This document shows, piece by piece, positions 48,823 to 58,205 of a stretch of 64,000 nt of DNA (its first letter is position 1; each line of letters begins with the position of its first letter). The stretch is taken from positions 1,536,001 through 1,600,000 of the forward strand of contig JBLWTJ010000001.1 of assembly GCA_048270185.1 (NCBI GenBank). The letters run 5' to 3'. The stretch is from Bacteriovoracaceae bacterium. GTDB taxonomy: Bacteria > Bdellovibrionota > Bacteriovoracia > Bacteriovoracales > Bacteriovoracaceae. Below the pieces are notes generated by a model. It did not search any database. It saw only the letters and a program-made list of their open reading frames with translations, and was not told the origin of the DNA. A program made the position numbers and the translations under genes.

Positions 48823-51231
48823 CTACTTTATTTCAATAATTCCAAGATTGATAAGTCCTTTCTTTTCTTTTCCAACATCAATATATTCAACTTCTTTCCC
48901 ACTTACCTTTAAAAGATTGATATCTTCAGTAACCCCATCAACGAAGAAGAACCCATCTCGATCAGTAAAGAAGATTCGATCACCAAACTGACAGATCTCA
49001 AGTGCTACTGGTTTACCATCTCGTCTTAAATGTCCTGAAATACTTCTAACACCATTCTCTTTAAGTTCAATCAAGTGACCTGACTTATAAGTAGGATGCA
49101 GAACAAATTTTTCCTGCTCTAGACTTGAGCCATAATCCATTAGGCTAGGATCAACTTGAACCTCACGATACTGGTAAGGCACAAGATCAACAATAGCAGG
49201 CTCACCGAAAGCAGGACTTAGGGTTGATGCATAGATTGATGTTGTACGAATGGCCAATGGCTGTCGACTTAACTCATCTGAAGTTTTAAATATTGCAAAG
49301 CTTTGATTATTCGTACGGGCCTGAGAAAATGCGAATCCGTCTTTATATGCAAATAAGCTCGTTGTTGAAAAACCAAAGCCATATTGACGAAAGTTGCGAT
49401 CATCATCTCGAGCATAAGCAGCTCTAAGATATAAATCTGCCATTGGAGCAGGAGTGGTAGAAGAAATACTAGCACGAGTGTTGTTACCACTGTTATCAAC
49501 AGAGACGGTATAGCGAGGAACATAAATCTTATTACTATTATCTTGAGTAAAAGATATACGGCTATTATCATTTTCAACATCACGTTGAATATTTACATAT
49601 TGATTTCTCTTATCAAATGACCAAGTTAAAAAAGCCGACAATGAGTTAATGTGTTGGTTTTGACTATCCTCTGAACGTGAAGCATAAACACTTAAGTTGA
49701 TATTGTAAGTTGGGTTAAAACTGATTGAGGCACGATAGAAGTCACGATCCTTATTCATCGAGTCTCGATAGACAGAAGCTCCACCACCTAAATTCACATA
49801 CAATTTTCCAAACAAAGGAAAAGAAAGATTTAATATCGAGTTATGCTTTAAGAAGCCTGAATTATCATCAACACTATATTGAAAGCGGTTGTCGAAGTAT
49901 TCGTAACGAGTAGAGATCGACATACCTTTAAGATAGTTGCCAATAATATCCTGCAGTTCCCATGATACTGCACTTGCAATACCGTTATTACTTGCTAATT
50001 CATTATGAGAGTATGCATTTCCTAAAAAGAAATTTCCATACTTAGTACTAAAGCTATTTGAAATACCTGTTAGTCTAAATTTATCATCACTTTGATGATA
50101 ACCAGCTAAGGAATAATTATCTGTAAATCCATATTGTAGAAAACCACTTGAAAAATCCTCATCAAAATACTTTCGGCTTTTCCCACTATCATCAATCTTT
50201 CGTCCATGTGACAGAGAGTAATCAAACTCTCCTTTTTTTAGAATCGATAAGGAGATTGGAATATTGAATTCCAGAATTTCATTCTGTCCAACACCATCAT
50301 CTATTTCAACACGTATATTATTTAATCCACTAACTAAAGGCAGGCGAGATAATTTATAATTTCCAGCAGGAAGTATTTCATCTTTAACAAGACTTCCGTT
50401 TATATAAGTTTTTACCTTAGACCTTCTTACAATTTGAAATTCTTTTTCACCTTGTGAATATGACTTTGTATATGGATCAATATTGAATTCTTTTTTTACG
50501 TTAATACCACCAATGTATTTTGCACGCATAAAAGAATAGCCACGACTTGTTGTATCTCCAACACGAAGCCTTGTCCTTTGATCTTCAAAATCTTTTGTTA
50601 AATTGAAGTCTCTCCTTCGCCAATACTCTTCTTTTATCGGAGTACGATTCTTTATAAAGAAACCATCCATTTCAAGAACGAGACTATTGAAGTTAAAGAA
50701 TGTATTAAAGTTTACTGAGAAGTTATCACCACCAAGAAAATCGTCACCATAGTTCTTATCAACATAGTAGTTAATACTTCCTGCAAATGGAGCCGGCCCT
50801 ATTTTGGAATCACGGTATTTAAGATGAAGGTTATCTTCTAAAGAATAAAATATTGGTTTAAGCTCATTTGTAGGTAACTCTAAAGTCAGTCGTAATAAGT
50901 TTGTATTGTAATTAATTGCATAAGGAATCTTATCCGCATCAATCCACTTTTGACCGAGACTAATTCTTTGGTAAACACTATCTTTTATTATGACTCTTAA
51001 GTTACGATCAAGTGAGCTACTCTCATATGCAACGACCTTTGTTCCTTGAATTTTTACTGGGACATCACCAATGAACTTTCCATGAACAAATAGCTGCAGC
51101 TTCGTTTCATTGACGATTTTTCCAAAGACACTCTCAAATAATTGCGTATTATTCTTATCTTGAGCAAAAGATCGACTTGATAGAACCAACAAAAGTGAAA
51201 TTAAATAGTAAAGAGTCTTTTTACTCATCAA
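48823..51231 (-). CDS. Fimbrial outer-membrane usher
   Basis: 802 aa; RLRVGD, GGINV, SKVKTYING, G.Y.L..LP...G.N, FFTDRDG. Confidence 0.9.
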   Translation of the reverse strand: MMSKKTLYYLISLLLVLSSRSFAQDKNNTQLFESVFGKIVNETKLQLFVHGKFIGDVPVKIQGTKVVAYESSSLDRNLRVIIKDSVYQRISLGQKWIDADKIPYAINYNTNLLRLTLELPTNELKPIFYSLEDNLHLKYRDSKIGPAPFAGSINYYVDKNYGDDFLGGDNFSVNFNTFFNFNSLVLEMDGFFIKNRTPIKEEYWRRRDFNLTKDFEDQRTRLRVGDTTSRGYSFMRAKYIGGINVKKEFNIDPYTKSYSQGEKEFQIVRRSKVKTYINGSLVKDEILPAGNYKLSRLPLVSGLNNIRVEIDDGVGQNEILEFNIPISLSILKKGEFDYSLSHGRKIDDSGKSRKYFDEDFSSGFLQYGFTDNYSLAGYHQSDDKFRLTGISNSFSTKYGNFFLGNAYSHNELASNNGIASAVSWELQDIIGNYLKGMSISTRYEYFDNRFQYSVDDNSGFLKHNSILNLSFPLFGKLYVNLGGGASVYRDSMNKDRDFYRASISFNPTYNINLSVYASRSEDSQNQHINSLSAFLTWSFDKRNQYVNIQRDVENDNSRISFTQDNSNKIYVPRYTVSVDNSGNNTRASISSTTPAPMADLYLRAAYARDDDRNFRQYGFGFSTTSLFAYKDGFAFSQARTNNQSFAIFKTSDELSRQPLAIRTTSIYASTLSPAFGEPAIVDLVPYQYREVQVDPSLMDYGSSLEQEKFVLHPTYKSGHLIELKENGVRSISGHLRRDGKPVALEICQFGDRIFFTDRDGFFFVDGVTEDINLLKVSGKEVEYIDVGKEKKGLINLGIIEIK

Positions 51232-51922
51232 AAGTTATACTTCCTCTATACTCTTCTGGAATCTTTCTCTTAATATCAATATCAAAATAGCGTTTTGACT
51301 TGGCCAAGATATTCTGCCCCTCAAGTTTTACTAAAGAGTCTTTAGAAAGCGTAATACTATCCTTACCATTATTAAAACTGATCTTAACGTTCCTTAGGTA
51401 TTGATGACGACTTCCCTTATTTTCAAGATATATTCTTAATTTCTTATCATTTTTAAATTTAGAAATGATGACATCAGACTTTGTCTTACCTGGGTTTACA
51501 TAGAGAACATTCATATACTTTAAAAGCATTTTAATACCGCCGCGATTTTTCATGCCTTTCTTTTTTACATTTATTGGTACTTGCTCAGCAACTATGCGAT
51601 ATGCCTTTTCATGTTCCAAAGTACTTGGCCCAGTCCAATCTACACGTATTGATTTCTTTTCACCTGGTGAAACAATCAACTGAGGAGGAAATACTTTAAT
51701 TTCGTTAGCAATAGGAAGGCTTTCTGTACCATCCTCTTTTTGAATTCTTTCGAATACCTTAACTGTTACCGGAATGATTTCTTTTGAACTATTTTCAATA
51801 TGAAATAATATTGTCTTCTGCCCTTCATTCAAATCAATAGTCTGACTCATAGGACGAAAACTAAATGAGAATAAAAGAGGTAATATTAATAATAGACCTA
51901 GAAACTTCAATAATCCCTCCAT
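51221..51922 (-). CDS. Fimbrial periplasmic chaperone
   Basis: VFPPQLIVSPGEKKSIRV, E.AYRIVAEQVP, LENKGSRH. Confidence 0.9.
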   Translation of the reverse strand: MEGLLKFLGLLLILPLLFSFSFRPMSQTIDLNEGQKTILFHIENSSKEIIPVTVKVFERIQKEDGTESLPIANEIKVFPPQLIVSPGEKKSIRVDWTGPSTLEHEKAYRIVAEQVPINVKKKGMKNRGGIKMLLKYMNVLYVNPGKTKSDVIISKFKNDKKLRIYLENKGSRHQYLRNVKISFNNGKDSITLSKDSLVKLEGQNILAKSKRYFDIDIKRKIPEEYRGSITFDE

Positions 51923-51973
51923 GCATATTGAAAAGTACTCATCTATTATATATGAATTTTGTCTATTAGGTCT

Positions 51974-52198
51974 CTAGTGGAAAGTTATCTCTATTACTTC
52001 AATATCTTTCTTTTTTACTTTTTTAATGGTGTAGCGATTGTTTTCAACATTAGAAGATATTTGTTTAGTGGCGTTAGTATCTTGAGTTACTTCAACAGAA
52101 GCAGGAACCCGTCCTTTTAATCTGATACTTTGAGCTTGCTTACCTAGAGAAGGTAGACAGAATAGAGCAAAAATAAAAAAAGGTAGGATATTGTTCAT
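51974..52198 (-). CDS. Small secreted pilin-like protein
   Basis: Signal peptide followed by SIRLKGRVPASVEV, similar to the N-terminal strand of the major pilin. Confidence 0.55.
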   Translation of the reverse strand: MNNILPFFIFALFCLPSLGKQAQSIRLKGRVPASVEVTQDTNATKQISSNVENNRYTIKKVKKKDIEVIEITFH

Positions 52199-52210
52199 AC
52201 CCTACCTTTT
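52174..52210 (-). terminator. Terminator/stabiliser hairpin after the major pilin gene
   Basis: AAAAGGTAGG...CCTACCTTTT inverted repeat with a U-tract on the minus strand. Confidence 0.6.
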
Positions 52211-52238
52211 CGGTTATCTGACTAATTTACTTTAGTAA

Positions 52239-52709
52239 TTAGTTAACTGCGATACTTAATGTAACAGTATCTGTGTAATCGCCAGCTGCAAGAGTGTTAC
52301 TCCCAGTGATATTAATTTTTAACTCTTTATTGATATCTTGCCCAGTACCTGGGTTATTATCAGTATATGTTCCATTACCTGCCGATAGATCAACCAGTTG
52401 ACCACCATAGTTTAGTGTATAATCAACAGTTTGTGAGGCAAGTCCTGTATTAACTAACTTACCAGCATTGGCCGAAGATAGCGTTACAGTATAACCTGTA
52501 GTTGAGTTTGACTTCTCAACAACATCAGCAACAAGAGTATCTGCTTCACCACCAATAAGATCAAGAGCTTGAGCATTTGCTGATTCTTGAACATCAATCG
52601 ATAGAATCTCAGCTACATTTCCTTTAAGAAGTAGTGTTCCACTCGTAGCTGCAAAAGCAGAAGATGAAAGTAGTAATGAGCTTAGTAGTAGTTCTTTAAA
52701 TAATTTCAT
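52239..52709 (-). CDS. Major pilin subunit of the chaperone-usher pilus
   Basis: Signal peptide, GTLLLKGNV, SNSTTGYTVTLSS, AGDYTDTVTLSI. Confidence 0.85.
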   Translation of the reverse strand: MKLFKELLLSSLLLSSSAFAATSGTLLLKGNVAEILSIDVQESANAQALDLIGGEADTLVADVVEKSNSTTGYTVTLSSANAGKLVNTGLASQTVDYTLNYGGQLVDLSAGNGTYTDNNPGTGQDINKELKINITGSNTLAAGDYTDTVTLSIAVN

Positions 52710-52916
52710 TGTGTGTCTCCTATATATAATCTAGACGTTTAAAATCTAAACAGTTAATTTTAAAGCAATCTTCTTGCCAACTAAAATAGCATGAATCAAT
52801 TGCTTAACTAGATAGTAATGTAAGATTGATAGTCACGTGTCAAAGATTAGTCAGTCAATCTACTAATTATTGTAAATTTAATCACTAAATATTGTTAGGT
52901 CGGTTAAAATTAACAT

Positions 52917-53397
52917 ATGAACATAGTACTTCTAATTATTTCAGTACCTTATCTGATATTCTCCACAGCAGATGGGCCAGATCACTTTGAGACGAGACGT
53001 GATACGGCCATATATAACAATGCCAGTTTAGACTCTAAGAAGATAAAAGAAATTAAGCCCCACGCAAAACATATTAAGAACCTCGGTTGCAATAAGGCCC
53101 TATGGTGCCAAGTGCAGTATGGCCCTTTAAAGGATGGATTCCCCAAAGAGTTTAAGAGAAAATGCCGTTGTGACAAGACCAAGCTTTGATTGCAAGAAAG
53201 CAAGTGGTGTTGAGAAAAGTTTGAGAGTTGAATACGGTGATAAAAGTGATGTCTTTATAAAAAATGAAAACTCAAAAACATACAGCGCACATTTTGGTCG
53301 AGAGATTTTAATGGAAAAAGATTCGATTTCGTTGACTTGGAAGCTCAGTCAGCCATCACTTACTTGCATTCTCTCGAAACTTCCTCCAACACGCTAA
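52917..53397 (+). pseudogene. Frameshifted SH3-domain/LprI-like secreted protein remnant
   Basis: ADGPDHF...NLGC...WCQVQY in one frame, KGWI in a second, RPSFDCKKA..EK in a third. Confidence 0.6.
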
Positions 53398-53553
53398 GAA
53401 GAACATCACAGCAGCTGCTTCATCAAGATTACCGACGTATGGTAAATTATCAGGAATAAGTTCAAAAACTCCTGCCGTTGGATTCAACAAGTAGAAGCCA
53501 AAGAATAAAATCCCTAAAAAATAAATGATTTTACTTTCAAAAATTTTTTTCAT
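53356..53553 (-). CDS. DUF1232/YkvA-family small membrane protein
   Basis: YLLNP....ELIPDNLPYVGNLDE. Confidence 0.85.
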   Translation of the reverse strand: MKKIFESKIIYFLGILFFGFYLLNPTAGVFELIPDNLPYVGNLDEAAAVMFFLACWRKFRENASK

Positions 53554-53708
53554 GAAATTGTTCTCCTACAATAAGTGTTGGAATTGACACAAATCTCCAA
53601 AAAGCGTGAGGAAGACTTTGATACAAATGATTATATCACTAACTATCTTTTTTTCACTTCCGATAACATGACTAACATCAGTTAATTAAGAATCACTTGA
53701 GGAGAAGT

Positions 53709-55295
53709 ATGAAAGCAATAGCGAAACTGAGTTTAAACACCAAGATTCTACTTATGGCACTGGTACCGTTCTTTTTTTACATTTGTATTTTTATGGCATT
53801 TTCTTATAGTTCGACGAAATCAGCTCTACTACAAGAGAAGAGACATCAAATTGCTGATGTGACAAAGACAGCATTTGATTTCTTGAACTCGATGGATAGT
53901 AAAGTTAAGTCGGGGGAATATACTTTAGAAAAAGCTCAGGCAATAAGTAAAGACTACCTTGGAAGTATTCGTTACGGTCGTGATAATAATGACTATTTAT
54001 GGGTAAACGACCTACACCCAAATATGATTGTTCACCCTAGTAAATCTTTAAGAGGAACTGATGTTAAAGCCTTTAAGGATAAAGCAGGAAAACCTCTCTT
54101 TATTGATGTTGTTAAATTAGTAAAGAAAGAAGAGCAAGGTTTTATCAATTACATTTGGAACAGCAAGACAGATAAGGATAAGCACGTAGAAAAATATTCT
54201 TATGTTAAGTTATTTAAACCATGGGGTTGGGTACTTGGAACAGGTATCTATGTTGAAGATGTAAATTCTTATATCTTTGGTGTTTTCATGAAGCAATTAG
54301 GGTTTGGGATGCTAGGCCTAGCTGTTATGGCAGGACTCTTTTCATTTGTACTAAAGACAGGAGTATCGAAACCACTCCTTCATATGGCAGAACTTTTGCA
54401 AAATACATCAAAGGGTGTTGCAACAGGTTCATCTGTTACACTAAATACATCAACACAGCTTTCTAATGCAACAAACGAACAAGCTGCTTCCCTACAAGAA
54501 ACTGTTGCTTCGGTTGATGAAATCTCTTCAATGATTAAGAGAAATACTGAGTTTGCAGAAGAATCAAAAAGGTCAGGACAGGAGTCTGAAAATGAGATTC
54601 AAAACGGTAAACGTACAATTGATGAAATGCTTGCGGCAATTGAGAATATCTCTAGTTCAAATACTGATGCTATGAAGAAGATGGAAAATAGTAACCTACA
54701 GATTCAAGAGATTTTAAATATTATTAAAGAAATAGAAAATAAGACCAAAGTAATTAACGATATCGTTTTCCAAACAAAGCTACTCTCTTTTAACGCGTCT
54801 GTTGAAGCAGCACGTTCAGGAGAAAGTGGAAAAGGTTTTGCCGTTGTTGCTGAAGAGATCGGAAGCTTAGCTGCTATGTCAGGTGGAGCATCAGATGAGA
54901 TCCGTGGTCTAATTGATGAATCGATCAAAACAGTTGAAGCAATTGTTTCTCAAACAACAGGCATGGTTAATGAAGTTATTGAGAGTAGTTCATCAACAGT
55001 TGAAGCAGGTCGACTAAAAGCAAGTGAGTGTAAAGAAGTACTCGATAAGATTGTCTACAATGTACAAAATGTTAATGGCAAAATCACTGAAATTGCCAGC
55101 GCTTGTAATGAACAATCAGTGGGTGTTAATGAAATTACAAAGGCCATTCGCCTAATTGATGAAGTAACAATGCAGAACAATAACGCAGCACAAGAAGCAT
55201 CAATGTCAGCAGAAAACCTTAAAGGCCAAGCAGATGATCTTGATAATGTTGTGAGATCAGTCATTCAACTTGTCGGTGGAAGTAAGGCCGCTTAA
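53709..55295 (+). CDS. Methyl-accepting chemotaxis protein with a Cache sensor
   Basis: YLWVND...MIVHP, KYSYVKLFKPWGWVLGTGIYVED; IVFQTKLLSFNASVEAAR. Confidence 0.95.
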   Translation: MKAIAKLSLNTKILLMALVPFFFYICIFMAFSYSSTKSALLQEKRHQIADVTKTAFDFLNSMDSKVKSGEYTLEKAQAISKDYLGSIRYGRDNNDYLWVNDLHPNMIVHPSKSLRGTDVKAFKDKAGKPLFIDVVKLVKKEEQGFINYIWNSKTDKDKHVEKYSYVKLFKPWGWVLGTGIYVEDVNSYIFGVFMKQLGFGMLGLAVMAGLFSFVLKTGVSKPLLHMAELLQNTSKGVATGSSVTLNTSTQLSNATNEQAASLQETVASVDEISSMIKRNTEFAEESKRSGQESENEIQNGKRTIDEMLAAIENISSSNTDAMKKMENSNLQIQEILNIIKEIENKTKVINDIVFQTKLLSFNASVEAARSGESGKGFAVVAEEIGSLAAMSGGASDEIRGLIDESIKTVEAIVSQTTGMVNEVIESSSSTVEAGRLKASECKEVLDKIVYNVQNVNGKITEIASACNEQSVGVNEITKAIRLIDEVTMQNNNAAQEASMSAENLKGQADDLDNVVRSVIQLVGGSKAA

Positions 55296-55302
55296 ATTAT
55301 AT

Positions 55303-55330
55303 TGGCAGGGCCCTTGCCCTGCTATTTCTT
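55303..55330 (+). terminator. Terminator after the MCP gene
   Basis: GCAGGGC-cctt-GCCCTGC followed by a T-rich tract. Confidence 0.6.
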
Positions 55331-55420
55331 AATTATTTCAATAAGATATCTTAGCTAAGCACATTGTTTGACCTATAAAACTTTTATTTGACTTTAAAGA
55401 CAAAGGTGATAAGATGGCTA

Positions 55421-55558
55421 CAGATTTAGATATTTATATCGGTTAGATGAATGCCATATTCCAAATATTCTTTTCTTTTTTATAGCAAATTCTTTCTTAT
55501 ATTCTTTTTTTTTGAACAATCCCAACTTTCATCTAACCAATATAAATTTTCAACTTTG
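55421..55558 (+). ncRNA. Candidate long-hairpin ncRNA or MITE-like element
   Basis: ~33-bp imperfect inverted repeat around a pyrimidine-rich spacer; TTGACT-16 nt-TAAGAT promoter immediately upstream. Confidence 0.4.
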
Positions 55559-55590
55559 CACTCAAGAAGAACTCAACGTAAAATATAGAC

Positions 55591-55941
55591 ATGAACAAAA
55601 ACTTTGAAGTCCTGTACTACTTTATGAATGAAAATGTATCGATTATTGAGGTCAAAAGAACTGACCTACCTGAAGATGCACCTAAGAATCAAAAATATCA
55701 TTGGTTCTTTATTTTCAACGAAGAGCTTCAAATTGAAAAATTAGAATTTGAATCATCATTTGTTGATAATGTTAATGGGAACGATATTAATGTTCGAAAA
55801 TTTAAAGCTGCAGAATTTCGCTTTGATGATGCCTTTGGAAAGTTTCAAAACAAAGAGGGTGGGCATATCATCATGAAAGTCCCAAATGCTGTTCTTCCTG
55901 CACCACTAGAGGAATTAATTAACAAGAGTCTTATGAATTAA
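55591..55941 (+). CDS. Hypothetical protein
   Basis: 116-aa ORF preceded by TTGCAC-17 nt-TAAAAT. Confidence 0.65.
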   Translation: MNKNFEVLYYFMNENVSIIEVKRTDLPEDAPKNQKYHWFFIFNEELQIEKLEFESSFVDNVNGNDINVRKFKAAEFRFDDAFGKFQNKEGGHIIMKVPNAVLPAPLEELINKSLMN

Positions 55942-56542
55942 ACTTTTTCCATAGTTCTAAGAGTTTGATAGGTATTGGCTCTTTTAAAGTTGAAATCTTA
56001 TACTTCTGAAAGAGTAATTGGTTGGCCATCTCTTCACTCTCCTCATACATTTCATTTCTTTTTTCTTGAATTATCAAATCACTTTGACAGTCACCACCAT
56101 CTTTTTGATCTGGCTTACAAGGATTGAACGCGATACAACCATAGGGTTTGTGATCAATTCCTAGGCCACAACCAAATGAGGGATAAAAGTAGAAAGGACA
56201 AGTATAGGTTTTTCGGAAGAATTCACTTGGGCCGATTTGAATATATTGATCTAAACGAAACTCCTTAATACAGTCTTCAAGACGTTTCTTGGTTGAATCA
56301 TTTAAAAGCCCCCTTTCTTCTAAAAGGCTCATGGCCTCTAAGGCTTCTATCGAAGTCATCTGCATAGAGTTTGCCTCAAAAGTACAACAACGACCTGTAC
56401 AGCTCATACAATCTAGCCCCTGCTGCTCATTATTCTTCATTGACTCTGATAATATTGAACGCCTCTCTTTAGCATCAGCGACAGAAGCTTCCCTATACAA
56501 ATCTGTTAGCAGGTTTTTAAAGTTCAAAGAATTCCTCTTCAA
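55931..56542 (-). CDS. YkgJ-family (CxxCxxCC) Zn/Fe-S cluster protein
   Basis: CMSCTGRCC, CPF, C....KPYGC; exact start uncertain. Confidence 0.75.
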   Translation of the reverse strand: MKRNSLNFKNLLTDLYREASVADAKERRSILSESMKNNEQQGLDCMSCTGRCCTFEANSMQMTSIEALEAMSLLEERGLLNDSTKKRLEDCIKEFRLDQYIQIGPSEFFRKTYTCPFYFYPSFGCGLGIDHKPYGCIAFNPCKPDQKDGGDCQSDLIIQEKRNEMYEESEEMANQLLFQKYKISTLKEPIPIKLLELWKKFNS

Positions 56543-57305
56543 CAGATAGTTTTCCCTTTGAAGACTTCAACTCTTCAAATACCAGTGGTATATCCGACAG
56601 GGCCAACAAATCTTCTTCGTCGATGGCCTTTGTAACTTTCAACTTCTTTAAAATAGAATTCACTGTTGAACGTGCATACTCAGATAACTTCTTATCTCGA
56701 AAAGACTGAGAGTAGAGTTTAGGGTTTGGTAATAACATTGCTAAGAAAGCCGCTTCATTGGCCAAAAGATCCTTTGGTCTCTTTTTGAAGTAATACCAAC
56801 TTGCATTCTTAATACCGTAAAGTCCTTCACCAAATTCAATAATATTAAGATAAGTTTCAAGAATTTGATTCTTTGTCAGTCTCTTTTCGATATACATCGT
56901 TGTTAGCATTTCAAAGATTTTTCTCTCTAGGCTACGCTCACTCTTAGTATAAAGATTCTTCACGAGTTGTTGTGAAATAGTACTTGCGCCTCTTAACTTT
57001 TCACCTTGAAGATGGTCTTTAATGGCAATGTAGATCTGCCTAAAGTCGACACCTTGATGATTATAGAAAGACCAATCTTCACTAACGATAAAGGCATAAT
57101 AGACATGACGAGGCATATTTGAAATATTGGCCCATGACTTCGGTCTCTTTCTTGTTACAGTATAACTAACCTGCCCATCACTAAATGAAGTTGCGACAAA
57201 TTGTTTCTTTAGCTCTTCAATATTGAAGATAGGAATTCGATAGACGAAGTACGACAGGACAACAATTATTGATAGAATAAATATTTTAAATAAGATCGAC
57301 TTCAT
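56517..57305 (-). CDS. mtgA: Monofunctional peptidoglycan transglycosylase (GT51)
   Basis: EDWSFYNHQG, GASTISQQLVKNL, RKIFE, K..ILE.YLN. Confidence 0.92.
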   Translation of the reverse strand: MKSILFKIFILSIIVVLSYFVYRIPIFNIEELKKQFVATSFSDGQVSYTVTRKRPKSWANISNMPRHVYYAFIVSEDWSFYNHQGVDFRQIYIAIKDHLQGEKLRGASTISQQLVKNLYTKSERSLERKIFEMLTTMYIEKRLTKNQILETYLNIIEFGEGLYGIKNASWYYFKKRPKDLLANEAAFLAMLLPNPKLYSQSFRDKKLSEYARSTVNSILKKLKVTKAIDEEDLLALSDIPLVFEELKSSKGKLSVEEEFFEL

Positions 57306-57315
57306 TACAAATTTT

Positions 57316-58152
57316 CTAAAGTTTACAGTGGTTTACAACCTCTTGAATGAGCTCTTTAATATCCTTATCGGGTGGATATTGCAACTTTAAACCCTTATAT
57401 ACAATAACGTGTTCAGGGGAAGTTGGGCCAAAGAGAGCAACAATTTCTTTTCCCAATAGATTTGCTATATGGAGTCCGAGACTATCGAGAGTAATCAACG
57501 ACTTACAAGACTGAATCCATTGAATATACTCGCGAAGATCATAGAAGCCCTGTTGCCATGTAAGACTTAGGCCTTCTTTTTCAAGCCCTTGGTAAACAGA
57601 CTCCCAGAAAGACTTTGGCAATTCCTTTGTTGGCCACTTAGGTCCGGCCTTAAAGTTTAGGCCCCAATCATAAATTGGTTCATCTTTGGTAAGTTCAAGA
57701 CATAGGTTAGTAGAACGGTACTTAAGGCCAAAGACCTTCTCCATTTGATCTTCAAAGGCACCTGAGTACTTCGTCGTTAAATCAAAAGGTTCATTTGATA
57801 AAGTTATATTTCTAACAAAGAGTTTCCCATCTATCTTATTAAAACCTATGATTTTATGAAGGGGAATATTCTCTACTAAGAATCCCTTCTCAAAATTTAC
57901 AATATAATCAAATTGATTTAATTCGCGTTCATCCGAATTTGTAATTATATCCATCGGTGTATTAATTAAGCTAAAGAGTTGTATTGCGCTGATATCTGTA
58001 AGCCAAGTAAGTGAAGTGTATTTCAACTCTTCTTTTAAATGATCAAGAAAATAGAAATGCCTTAAAACATCGCCTAAACTGCACTTCGTGCTACTTCCTG
58101 CTTCATCAAGAGTTTCACTATAACCTGTCTTTATTATCAATACCTTACACAT
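57316..58152 (-). CDS. Glycosyltransferase family 9 (heptosyltransferase-like)
   Basis: SLGDVLR, KWPTK, TLDSLGLHIA, LFGPTS. Confidence 0.88.
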   Translation of the reverse strand: MCKVLIIKTGYSETLDEAGSSTKCSLGDVLRHFYFLDHLKEELKYTSLTWLTDISAIQLFSLINTPMDIITNSDERELNQFDYIVNFEKGFLVENIPLHKIIGFNKIDGKLFVRNITLSNEPFDLTTKYSGAFEDQMEKVFGLKYRSTNLCLELTKDEPIYDWGLNFKAGPKWPTKELPKSFWESVYQGLEKEGLSLTWQQGFYDLREYIQWIQSCKSLITLDSLGLHIANLLGKEIVALFGPTSPEHVIVYKGLKLQYPPDKDIKELIQEVVNHCKL

Positions 58153-58158
58153 GCTTAT

Positions 58159-58200
58159 AGTGTAATCTTTTTGACATAACTTTCATATCAATAATATAAT
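58159..58200. promoter_or_regulatory. Overlapping divergent promoters of the GT9 and radical SAM genes
   Basis: Plus strand TTGACA-18 nt-TATAAT (58171-58200); minus-strand TACACT 6 nt before the GT9 ATG. Confidence 0.55.
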
Positions 58201-58205
58201 TAACC

